From positions 332-64,331 of the forward strand of contig JBAZOY010000006.1 of the NCBI GenBank assembly GCA_041648505.1: a stretch of 64,000 bases of DNA, given 5' to 3'. The notes under the pieces are model-generated. The model was not told the DNA's origin and did not search any database. It saw nothing but the letters and a program-made list of their open reading frames with translations. Shown here one piece after another: positions 8,471 through 17,058 of the stretch (the stretch's first letter is position 1; the number at the start of each line of letters is the position of its first letter). Source of the stretch: Syntrophales bacterium (GTDB lineage Bacteria > Desulfobacterota > Syntrophia > Syntrophales > CG2-30-49-12). A program made the position numbers and the translations under genes.

Positions 8471-9598
8471 ATGACGACGAACAAACAAATTTTTTATGTG
8501 TTCTTGATGTGTATCTCTTTTTTGTTGGTGTCTTGCGGAAAGGATTCGGTTGTGTCTTATGTGCCGGTTACAGGTTGGGTCATTGGCACCGCAACGGACG
8601 AAGACACGGGTATTCCCACGCCTGAAGTTCTCAAAACAACAAACGGCGGTGCGACTTGGACGCTGCAATCCCTGCCTGCCGAGTGCGTCGGCTTTCAGGG
8701 AAACGATATCAGCGCCGTCAATCATCAGGTGGCTTGGGCGGCGATAGGTGATTTATACAGCTTGGAGGGTGGTATTGTGCATACCTTGGATGGCGGCGCA
8801 ACCTGGGCTATGCAAACGCTTCCCGACGGAATGGGCAACCGGCATATCAAAGGGATCAAAGGGGTCAGCGCCATGGAAGCCTGGGCCGTCAGCATCGGCG
8901 GTGACGTGCTGCATACCACGGACGGCGGGAACAACTGGTACATTGTTCCGACGCGTACTGTTTCGGGCGAGGTCATTACGATGACGATGGTCAATCGGAT
9001 GGATGTGACAGACAGTAACATCTGGATTGTCGATGTGCCGGCGCACAACATGGGCGTGATCCACTCGCCGGACGGCGGTCAAACGTGGCGGCATGAACAA
9101 CTGCCGGATGTTGGTTCCGGACACGGACCTCTCGCCATCTCCGCCTTTAGCTCATTGGTTGCCTATGTCTCGGTGAATTCCGAAGGTACTTTATGGTGGA
9201 CAAGCAATGGTGGCGAATCATGGAACAAAAGCGTCGATGCCATTTCCGGCACGGCGGATTTCGACGAAATCTGCGCCTCCAGCACCAATGTCGTCTGGGT
9301 TGCCATGAACAACGGCGGTTCCAGCGGTGGCTTGGCCGCCCGAATTACGGTGACGGACGGCAGCTTTGACTCCAATATCTATATGAACGTGGACTACATG
9401 ATGGAAGGGATTTCCGCCATGAACGATACAAACGCTTGGCTGGTCGGATTCAAAACATTTCGCGCCGACCCTTCTCTTCCCAAGGGCGCAATCTATGTCA
9501 CGTACGATGGCGGGGTCAACTGGCAGCTCCAAACTCTGCCGGATAACGCCTGCGACATCGATTTATGGAAAGTCTCGTTTGTGGGCGCAAGACGTTAA
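8471..9598 (+). CDS. Lipoprotein with six Asp-box (BNR) repeats; beta-propeller, Ycf48/sialidase-like fold
   Basis: Lipobox LLVSC. Repeated S/T-x-D/N-G-G-x-T/N/S-W units: TNGGATW, LDGGATW, TDGGNNW, PDGGQTW, SNGGESW, YDGGVNW. Confidence 0.7.
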   Translation: MTTNKQIFYVFLMCISFLLVSCGKDSVVSYVPVTGWVIGTATDEDTGIPTPEVLKTTNGGATWTLQSLPAECVGFQGNDISAVNHQVAWAAIGDLYSLEGGIVHTLDGGATWAMQTLPDGMGNRHIKGIKGVSAMEAWAVSIGGDVLHTTDGGNNWYIVPTRTVSGEVITMTMVNRMDVTDSNIWIVDVPAHNMGVIHSPDGGQTWRHEQLPDVGSGHGPLAISAFSSLVAYVSVNSEGTLWWTSNGGESWNKSVDAISGTADFDEICASSTNVVWVAMNNGGSSGGLAARITVTDGSFDSNIYMNVDYMMEGISAMNDTNAWLVGFKTFRADPSLPKGAIYVTYDGGVNWQLQTLPDNACDIDLWKVSFVGARR

Positions 9599-9864
9599 CG
9601 CCGGAATTATCGCTCCGGCAATGAAATGCTGACATACGATATATTTTTCTTCTACCTGTGGTTGCGAGGCGCGCTGCTATCGTAAAGCTGCAGGACATTG
9701 AGTATGCCGACTTTATGAAGTTTTGTTCCTTAGTAGTCATCGACAAGGGCCAAACCCAGTTTATCCGATTCGGCTCATACAGCCATCGTGCAGGCAAACA
9801 GCGAAACCAATCCCGGAGATACAAAAAGTTCTTTTTTCCACCACTCTTTCCGTATTTAAGGAAC

Positions 9865-10764
9865 TCAATCCTCAAGGAACTCAAGTACAATCTTACTGAA
9901 TTTTTTCGGCCACTGATACATAAGGCCATGACCGCCACCTTTAATCTGCACCAGCCAGGCGCCGGGAATTTTTTGTGCTAAGATTAAAGAATTGAGTGTC
10001 GGCGTATTGACATCTTCGGATCCGGTAATGAGTAAAGTAGGCTGCGTAATTTGTGGAAGGCGACTATAAGACCCAGTCCATGCCTCATTTGCCTTCCATT
10101 GACGTTGAATATTAGTTGTGGATGTAGTTTCTTTGGGGTGGGGAAAATATTTCCGGGGGTCAGGATTATCTTTCAGCCATTGCTCGGGGAATAATGTCCT
10201 GAGAGCTTTCATCTGTCTTTCTCGCTCTGTACCGGATTCATCAATCATTGCCCGGATGACATCCGGGGTCGGCTGGATGGCTTCTTTACCTCCGCAATCT
10301 GCCGCATACAGGATAAGCTTATTGACCTTTTCTGGATGCCTGAGCGTAAGCTCCTGAGCGACACAAGTACCCATAGACCAGCCAAGCACATGCGCTTTAT
10401 TGATCTTCAGGGCTTCCATCAATCTGGCTGTATCATCTGCGAATAGTTCGATCGAAAATTCTCTGTCTGAGTCATCGCTATACCCCATCCCCCGGTTATC
10501 AAAGATAATTACTCTATAATGAGACGCAAGTTCTCCCAAAACCACAGGGCTCCAAAGGTCCATGGTTCCGCTAAAACCCATGATCAAAACAATCGGGTAG
10601 CCTTTGCCAAATGTCTTATAGGCGATATTTATATCGCCTGCATGAATCATTCCGGTTTTTAATTTTGTGACGTCGATTTCTTTAGCACAGCCGCAGCCTG
10701 CTGAAAAAATCATGAGGCCGCGCAGAAACCAGAGACTAATTATCTTGAATGTCTGTCTCTTCAT
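9865..10764 (-). CDS. Alpha/beta-fold hydrolase lipoprotein
   Basis: Start chosen at MKRQTF, preceded by AAAGGAGGG. Lipobox FSAGC, nucleophile elbow GWSMG, C-terminal GGGH. Confidence 0.8.
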   Translation of the reverse strand: MKRQTFKIISLWFLRGLMIFSAGCGCAKEIDVTKLKTGMIHAGDINIAYKTFGKGYPIVLIMGFSGTMDLWSPVVLGELASHYRVIIFDNRGMGYSDDSDREFSIELFADDTARLMEALKINKAHVLGWSMGTCVAQELTLRHPEKVNKLILYAADCGGKEAIQPTPDVIRAMIDESGTERERQMKALRTLFPEQWLKDNPDPRKYFPHPKETTSTTNIQRQWKANEAWTGSYSRLPQITQPTLLITGSEDVNTPTLNSLILAQKIPGAWLVQIKGGGHGLMYQWPKKFSKIVLEFLED

Positions 10765-10800
10765 CAACCTGCACCCTCCTTTTTTTAGGGTAGAAAAAAT

Positions 10801-10880
10801 GGGGTTACTGAGGAGGATCGAACTTCCAACCCCCAGAACCACAGTCTGATGCTCTTCTTTCCAATTGAACTGTATCCGCC
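10801..10880 (-). tRNA. tRNA-His(GUG)-like sequence with an unpaired acceptor stem (probable pseudogene or attachment-site relic)
   Basis: D arm GTTC/GAGC, anticodon arm TCAGA-CTGTGGT-TCTGG, T arm GGAAG-TTCGATC-CTCCT, 3' C-CCA. The 5' GCGGATA pairs with 3' CAGTAAC at only 3 of 7 positions. Confidence 0.35.
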
Positions 10881-11297
10881 ATTTCAACACACATAAATTT
10901 TATCCGATTTATTAACTGCTGTAAAGAAAGATAACGATTTGCGTCATTTCCCTGAATGATTCTTCAATCCGCATACCCCCAAACGAACATTACTATGGAG
11001 GCCAAACCATATTTTTCAATTGAACAAGGCTTCCTCTGGAGGTACGTTATTCGATAGACCTTGGGGTAATTTCCGGGAACTTCTCCGGGTTGTAATTCCG
11101 GTTTTAAATCAGAGATGAAATCAAGGTGGCAGGGAGGAAGCGCCGCAAGCGTACATGAAACGTACTCCGAGGAGCCTAATGCGACAATTGTGTCCTAACG
11201 TTAAAAGAACCGAGAATTTTCTTGGTTATGCTGGTATGCAAATAAAAGAGTAAGATGACTTATTGTTATCAGTGGAGGAGAGAATTGCTTTTTGAAA

Positions 11298-11682
11298 TCA
11301 GAAAGGGATCACATAAACTGTGTCCCCCTCTTTTCGCCCCTTTACCAGTTCGCAGTGTCTCAGGATAGCTATCTGATTCTCCAGTTCTTGAAGGAGATAG
11401 ATGGAATGTGTCGGTAAGCTCTGCGGCGGTGGTCTTACCTTTAGAATTGACGAATTCACAAATTGACTTTTGCAGCTCAGTTAAACCTTCTGTTGCTTCA
11501 AGTCCGGACGCCTTTCGGTATTGCGTGGCCGAACGTACTGCAAAGGGATCACAAGTTTGAACCCGCTGGGTTGCCATTATATAGCAGTCTTCACAAACAA
11601 CCAGCTCTCCGAGATTCAAGCTATCATCCGGGGAAATTTCATCCCCGCATTTTTGACATTTAACTTTTTCGGTCTGTGTCAT
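11298..11682 (-). pseudogene. Small zinc-ribbon plus winged-helix protein, frameshifted
   Basis: N-terminal CQKCG...CEDC. After about 11394 the conserved C-terminus LQELENQIAILRHCELVKGRKEGDTVYVIPF* is in the +1 frame and ends at 11298. Removing one nt in TCTCCTT restores it. Confidence 0.6.
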
Positions 11683-12082
11683 TAAACTACCCTTCGTTTC
11701 ACAGGCCCTACTATAACTTTACTATGGCTCTTTTGCATAAGGCAATACTCTTTAAGAAAAACAACTGGTTCGTCATTGATGAGGGATTGTTTTTCATGCC
11801 GGAAGTATACGAGGACGGATATTGTGTGTCAATGGAATAATGATCACAAAAATATTGGTTGTGGTATCGATGAATATGGGAGGTGTGGGAGGGGGGGGAT
11901 GATTCCCGGGAAGAGTATACTTAATTGTGGAGAATACCCAAAGTTATTACATTGGCTCTGTGGCGTAAAAACTTTTATATGGTATACTAGTTTTAAAAAT
12001 TGGTTATTCGTGGCGAGACGGTGTTAACCGAGTATAAATTGGTCCCAAGAGCTTGTGCGCTGGGTTCCAGAAAGAGAAGAAA

Positions 12083-13459
12083 ATGACAAAAAAATTCGAA
12101 CAGATCCCGGTTATAAAAGGGCAGGAGATTGAGACCGAAATCATTGACCTTGCCCATGGTGGCAATTCGGTCGCGAAACACGACACTTTCACCCTTTTCA
12201 TACCGTATGGAGTCCCAGGCGACAAAGTCAAAGTAAAAATCACTGACGTTAAAAAGAATTTCGCCAATGCCGAAATAGAATCTATTATTACCCCTTCAGC
12301 GTTAAGGATTATACCCCCCCCGTGTCCATATTTCGGGCAATGCGGCGGCTGCCACTGGCAGAACGTTGCCTATAATGCCCAGTTGGAATTCAAGTTAAAA
12401 TCAATAACCTCGTCCCTCAAAAAAATCGCCGGTTTGACGATTGAAACACCGGAAATAAAAGGGTACGAAAATCCCTTTTCCTACCGCGACAGGTCGCAGT
12501 ACAAGCTCGCGCAGGGGGAAGATACGGTGATGATGGGTTTTTACAGAGCAGGAAGCCACGATGTCATAGACGTGCAAAAATGCTTGATACAAAAAGAGGT
12601 CATCAACCACGTCATGGCGGGCGCGCGAGAGTTCCTGGCCGCGAACAAAAATACGAGCCTTTCAATGTATGACGAGAGCAGGGCAAGTGGCGCGTTACGC
12701 TATTTGACAGCCAGGGTGAACAGCACCGGCGAATGTCTCTTTACCGTAATTACCCACGAGAAGAGAAGGAACGACTCCATAGAAAAATTCGCAAAATATA
12801 TGAAAGAAAATTACTCCGAGATAAAAGGGGTTGTAATGAACGTCAACCCGCTGACTGGCAACAGGATATTCGGCAACAGGGAAGACACGCTGGCAGGGGA
12901 GGGCAGTATAAGAGAAAAAATAAGGGGTGTGGAATTCGAGCTCGGGGCGGAGACATTTTTTCAGGTAAATACGGAGCGTTTGAACGACATACTGGATTTT
13001 ATAGATGCAAACATACCGGAGGGCGATTCCGTGGTTGACCTTTACGCGGGCGTGGGCGCTCTCTCCCTTCCTTTACATGGAAAAATCAGAGAACTCAAGG
13101 CAGTCGATGTTTTTTACAAGTCCATTAATTCCTTCAGAAAAGCTGTGGAAACAGGGCAGATCGCGAACGCGGAGATAATAAAAGCAACGGCAGAAGCCGC
13201 GGCGGATGAAGTGATACAGAAGGGTAAAACCGGCACGGTAATAGTAGACCCGCCTCGCAAAGGGCTTCATAAGTGGGTAATACAGGCCATCAAGAAGAAG
13301 AGAGTGGAAAACTTGATATATATTTCCTGCGACCCGGCTACCTTTGCCAGGGATTTGAAAGAACTGGGAGATATGTATATTATTAAGAAAATAGAAGCGG
13401 TTGACATGTTCCCGCAGACTTACCATGTAGAAACGCTGTGCGCGTTGGGGTTGAAGTAA
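12083..13459 (+). CDS. rlmD: 23S rRNA (uracil-C5)-methyltransferase, RlmD/RumA family
   Basis: TRAM domain, Fe-S Cys cluster (CPYFGQCGGCHWQ), SAM motif VVDLYAGVGALS, catalytic region YISCDPATFARD. Confidence 0.9.
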   Translation: MTKKFEQIPVIKGQEIETEIIDLAHGGNSVAKHDTFTLFIPYGVPGDKVKVKITDVKKNFANAEIESIITPSALRIIPPPCPYFGQCGGCHWQNVAYNAQLEFKLKSITSSLKKIAGLTIETPEIKGYENPFSYRDRSQYKLAQGEDTVMMGFYRAGSHDVIDVQKCLIQKEVINHVMAGAREFLAANKNTSLSMYDESRASGALRYLTARVNSTGECLFTVITHEKRRNDSIEKFAKYMKENYSEIKGVVMNVNPLTGNRIFGNREDTLAGEGSIREKIRGVEFELGAETFFQVNTERLNDILDFIDANIPEGDSVVDLYAGVGALSLPLHGKIRELKAVDVFYKSINSFRKAVETGQIANAEIIKATAEAAADEVIQKGKTGTVIVDPPRKGLHKWVIQAIKKKRVENLIYISCDPATFARDLKELGDMYIIKKIEAVDMFPQTYHVETLCALGLK

Positions 13460-13536
13460 AGGGGGAACGGAGTTTTCCGTTTAGAGATTTCCTCCTTTAA
13501 AGCATTACCCTATATATAGATAGAAACCAGCGGCTT

Positions 13537-13593
13537 CTTGAACAAGGGATTGAACGAGATATTTCAGGTTTCATAAATCTTGATTGGTTATCA
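13537..13593 (-). mobile_element. B-type attC-like repeat, copy B3 (terminal site of the minus-strand array)
   Basis: About 80% identical and ungapped to 22737-22793. Read on the minus strand: TGATAAC...GTTCAAG. The res stop codon sits in the R''-like end. Confidence 0.5.
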
Positions 13594-16425
13594 TTTCTCT
13601 TCAGTTACATCGTGCCTGATTAGAATATCCCGAATCTCGCCCGGAGCCTTCGCAACCGCACAATGCCAGTGCCCAAAGCCCCCGTGGGCGTTTATTGCCT
13701 GTGCCCATTCCTCCAAATAACGCCGTTTGACCTGATCTTGCTCCGTGTCCTGCCCTTTGGTCTCCAGGACGAGCATTTTGCCATTAGTCAGCCTCACCAG
13801 GAAGTCGGGCCGGTATTTGCGCACTATGCCGCGATAAACGTAGAGAACCTCAAACCCTAGGTGATCGTTCTTGGCCCAGGCGGCGACGTGGTTGCTGTCG
13901 TCCAGCACAAAGGCGTCCGACGCTTCCCAGGTGCTGTCATAGACACAGACGTTGATGTGCGATTTCTTTGTCCGCTCGCAAGGCTTGCCGGTGTACCAGG
14001 TGCGCATTTCGCCCGTGGCGCGGATGGGATGGTCGCGGTCGAACACCGGCGTAAGCCGTTCGGTGTTATCCTGCCGCACCGCCTCCCAGACGTGCTGTAC
14101 CACCCGCGACATATTGAGGGTGATGATCAACCGGCGGCGCAGTTCATCCTGATAAAACAGCGGCGGGGAAATAAAGATCTTGTCCGAACGGATGAACTCC
14201 TCCACGATGTGCACCAACTGGGCCAGCAAGACCTCGCGGCTGCCCTGCCAGGTGCGCTTCATCTGGTCAAACACGTCCCGCGCCGTCTCAAAGATGATGC
14301 GCTGGGTGCGGAACTCCCGCGCCAGACGTTCCAATTCGATGCGGCTGATCTGGCTTACATCCGGCTTACCTTCCAGCACCGGAGCCAGTTCGGCCACCTG
14401 CGCGGTGTGGGCTGCGTCCAGTTCCAGCGACCGTGCCTTGGCCCAATCCAGCGTCAGCGTTGGCTGAAAGACGCGCTCAATGCGTACCACGTTGGGCCAG
14501 CGGATTTCAAATTCCGCATTGTTCAGGTCCGGTTCAACAGGGGTCTTGGGTGTAGGCGGAGGCGGCGGCCCGTCTTCGCCCCCTTCGTGGGGCAGGAAGG
14601 TAAAGGGCACGCCAAAGATGTTGACATATTCCGGCTCGAACATTCCCGTCTCCGGGTTGACCTCGTAGGACGTGCGTCGCAGGCCGCGCCCCACCACCTG
14701 CTCGCATAGCAACTGGCTGGTAAAGGCGCGCAGGCCCATAATGTGCGTCACCGTCTTGGCGTCCCAGCCCTCGCTCAGCATCCCGACGGAAATGACCTTC
14801 CGGATGCCCGCGCCCGGCAGCCCGGCCTTGCCCACTGTGTCCACCATACGGCGCAGCAGTTCGGCTTGTGCGACTTTGGTCAGCTTGCGCTCCACTGGCG
14901 CTTCGGCTTCTTCGATCTCAGTATCAGCTTCCGCCGTCTCCAGCGGTGCAACCGGCTCCTCGCGCTCTTCCGCCTCCTTGAGCACCTTCGAGTCAATATG
15001 CAGGATGCGCTCCGGGTCGCACAGTTCGTCAATGTGAATGCGCCGGGAGTCGAAGGCGTGCTTCACCCGTGCCGCCGTCTCGGTGCGGTTGCACACTGTG
15101 ATCATCACCGGCGGGGTGGGCGCACCTATCTCCGCCCATTTCTTGTATGCCTCGCGCCAGTCGTAGCCCAGCAGGTAATAGGCGTTCAGCACCAGGTCGG
15201 GTAACGGTTCTTCCGGCTCGGCCTTGCGGTTCAGGTCGTCTTTCACGTCCGGATCGTTGTAGATGTGGTAGAGACGCGATTTGTAGGTCTTCGCGTCCGG
15301 CACAGCGTCGTCGCGTACCACCACGCGCGGAGTCTTGACCAGCCCAGATTCGATGGCGTCGTTCAGCCCAAAGTCGCTGACGATCCAGCCGAACAGCGCC
15401 TCCTCGCTGCTCTTCTTGCCCGACGGTGTAAATGGCGTAGCGGAAAAGTCGTAGCAGGTAAGGATGCCCCGCGAACGGTGCAGCCGGTCCAGCCCGCCGA
15501 TCCAGACCGTGGCCTCCTCGGCGCTGTCTTTCATATCCCGGCTGCGCAGGTATTTGCCTTCCGCATCCCAGTTGACCCGCCAGGCGTGGTGTGCCTCGTC
15601 GTTGATGACCAGCAGATTGCGGGCGTTGGCCATCTCACCAAGCACCTCGCGTGTGTAAGCTTCATCGCTCTTTACGCCGCGCTTGTCCACGCTACGCCGT
15701 TTCTTGACCTGCTCCTCGCTGTCCCAAGCCAGGACGTGCCAGTTGCGCACCAGCACCTTGCCCTGCCGCAGCTTATCCAGCAGGGCCGAGGGCACGATGT
15801 TGAACTCCTCGTAATAATTCCCAACCTTCGACGGTTCGAGTACGGCCAGCCTGCTTTTTACCGTCAGTCCTGGGGCCATCACCAAAATATTTTTGGCGAA
15901 GCGGGCGTCCTGCGGATAGGTCACCTTATTGAGGATGTGCCAGGCAATCGCCATTGCCATCACGATGGTCTTGCCGGAACCAGTCGCCATCTTGCAGCAC
16001 TGTCGCAGAAAAGCCCCGCCGTCGCCCGGAATTTCGATGCCCACCCGCTCGGCGGCGGGCGCTTCGGTCAGCCAGATCAGCGTCTCAATGGCTTCCAACT
16101 GGCAGAAGAAAAAGCGCCGCGCCTCGAACTCTTCCGGGTCCCGCCAGTGTTCCAGCAGACGCTTGGTGATGCTGGAGACGCCCGGCCAGCCCGCTTCACC
16201 CCAAGCGGCCACACGCGGACGAATCTGGTTGACCAACGGGATTTCCACAAAAATGCCGGGATCATCGAAAGCCTTGGACTCGCCCGATGCCACCACGTAG
16301 CCTGCCGGACGGCGACCCTCCACCAGATCGAAGCTGCGCGTCTCGCGTTCGTAGCGCCAGTGGCGTTCCGGCTCCGCGTAGGGAGAGTTGATGATAAGGC
16401 GATCAATCGTGGTGCGGGCCATCAA
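13591..16425 (-). CDS. res: Type III restriction endonuclease, Res subunit (SF2 helicase-nuclease)
   Basis: 944 aa. Walker A MATGSGKT, DEAH box NDEAHH, C-terminal nuclease-like region. The start overlaps the hepT stop by 4 nt. Confidence 0.9.
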   Translation of the reverse strand: MMARTTIDRLIINSPYAEPERHWRYERETRSFDLVEGRRPAGYVVASGESKAFDDPGIFVEIPLVNQIRPRVAAWGEAGWPGVSSITKRLLEHWRDPEEFEARRFFFCQLEAIETLIWLTEAPAAERVGIEIPGDGGAFLRQCCKMATGSGKTIVMAMAIAWHILNKVTYPQDARFAKNILVMAPGLTVKSRLAVLEPSKVGNYYEEFNIVPSALLDKLRQGKVLVRNWHVLAWDSEEQVKKRRSVDKRGVKSDEAYTREVLGEMANARNLLVINDEAHHAWRVNWDAEGKYLRSRDMKDSAEEATVWIGGLDRLHRSRGILTCYDFSATPFTPSGKKSSEEALFGWIVSDFGLNDAIESGLVKTPRVVVRDDAVPDAKTYKSRLYHIYNDPDVKDDLNRKAEPEEPLPDLVLNAYYLLGYDWREAYKKWAEIGAPTPPVMITVCNRTETAARVKHAFDSRRIHIDELCDPERILHIDSKVLKEAEEREEPVAPLETAEADTEIEEAEAPVERKLTKVAQAELLRRMVDTVGKAGLPGAGIRKVISVGMLSEGWDAKTVTHIMGLRAFTSQLLCEQVVGRGLRRTSYEVNPETGMFEPEYVNIFGVPFTFLPHEGGEDGPPPPPTPKTPVEPDLNNAEFEIRWPNVVRIERVFQPTLTLDWAKARSLELDAAHTAQVAELAPVLEGKPDVSQISRIELERLAREFRTQRIIFETARDVFDQMKRTWQGSREVLLAQLVHIVEEFIRSDKIFISPPLFYQDELRRRLIITLNMSRVVQHVWEAVRQDNTERLTPVFDRDHPIRATGEMRTWYTGKPCERTKKSHINVCVYDSTWEASDAFVLDDSNHVAAWAKNDHLGFEVLYVYRGIVRKYRPDFLVRLTNGKMLVLETKGQDTEQDQVKRRYLEEWAQAINAHGGFGHWHCAVAKAPGEIRDILIRHDVTEEK

Positions 16426-16787
16426 TACACCCCCTTGTCCAACGCCTTTTCCAAGATGGATATCAGAGATGGCAAGTCATGCCTGACCGTTTGCCAGAGA
16501 ATATCCAGATTAACGTCGAAATAGGCATGGACCAGCCTATGACGCATACCGACGATGTCAGCCCAAGGAATATCCGGCACCCACGCTTGCCCGCTATTCG
16601 TAACTTGGCCAGCCGCCTCGCCAACGATCTCAACCAGCTTCACCAGCGACAACATCAACATAGGATCACGATCGAGGTCACCGCGCTTTCTGCCCTGCGT
16701 GAATTGAACCGCCTGGCGTGCCGCGTCCAGCATATGACGCAGTCGGATGGCATCATCCTTGTGCATATTGCACCTCCGCTTCCTCAA
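16422..16787 (-). CDS. hepT: HepT (DUF86) ribonuclease toxin
   Basis: 121 aa with R-x4-H-x-Y motif (RHRLVHAY). Overlaps mntA by 35 nt. Confidence 0.85.
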   Translation of the reverse strand: MRKRRCNMHKDDAIRLRHMLDAARQAVQFTQGRKRGDLDRDPMLMLSLVKLVEIVGEAAGQVTNSGQAWVPDIPWADIVGMRHRLVHAYFDVNLDILWQTVRHDLPSLISILEKALDKGVY

Positions 16788-17058
16788 GCACGCTTTGACG
16801 AAAGTACCGGCTCAGATCTTCCGGCGTGCGAAGATCAACCTTTCGACCTTCGAGCAGGGCCGACAGATCCCGTTCCATACGCGCTATCCCGAAAAGACCA
16901 GGAATGTGATCCGATTCAAACTCGACCAGCACGTCAATGTCACTTTCGGGCCGGAAATCGGGTCGCAGCGCCGAGCCAAAGATGGCCAGACGTCGGATGT
17001 GCCGATCCCGGCAGAATGCGGCAATCCGTTCTTTAGGAATATAAATCGCGGTATTCAT
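16753..17058 (-). CDS. mntA: MntA minimal nucleotidyltransferase antitoxin
   Basis: 101 aa with [18 protein letters not shown] (GS-x10-DxD). The start overlaps the mod stop by 4 nt. Confidence 0.85.
   Translation of the reverse strand: MNTAIYIPKERIAAFCRDRHIRRLAIFGSALRPDFRPESDIDVLVEFESDHIPGLFGIARMERDLSALLEGRKVDLRTPEDLSRYFRQSVLEEAEVQYAQG

Noticed and set aside
10801-10880. A functional tRNA-His gene.
   Set aside because: The acceptor stem pairs at only 3 of 7 positions, the D loop is over-long and the T stem has an A:C mismatch. It is kept only as a relic.
9865-10890. Extended 341-aa version of the hydrolase ORF.
   Set aside because: The extra 42 N-terminal codons are a translation of the tRNA-like relic. 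An internal ATG with a strong RBS and a lipoprotein signal peptide is the credible start.
8261-11075. Identical 13-mer GGGGTAATTTCCG at 8261 and 11063, a possible second pair of insertion boundaries.
   Set aside because: It is too short, the flanks diverge immediately, and it could be chance.
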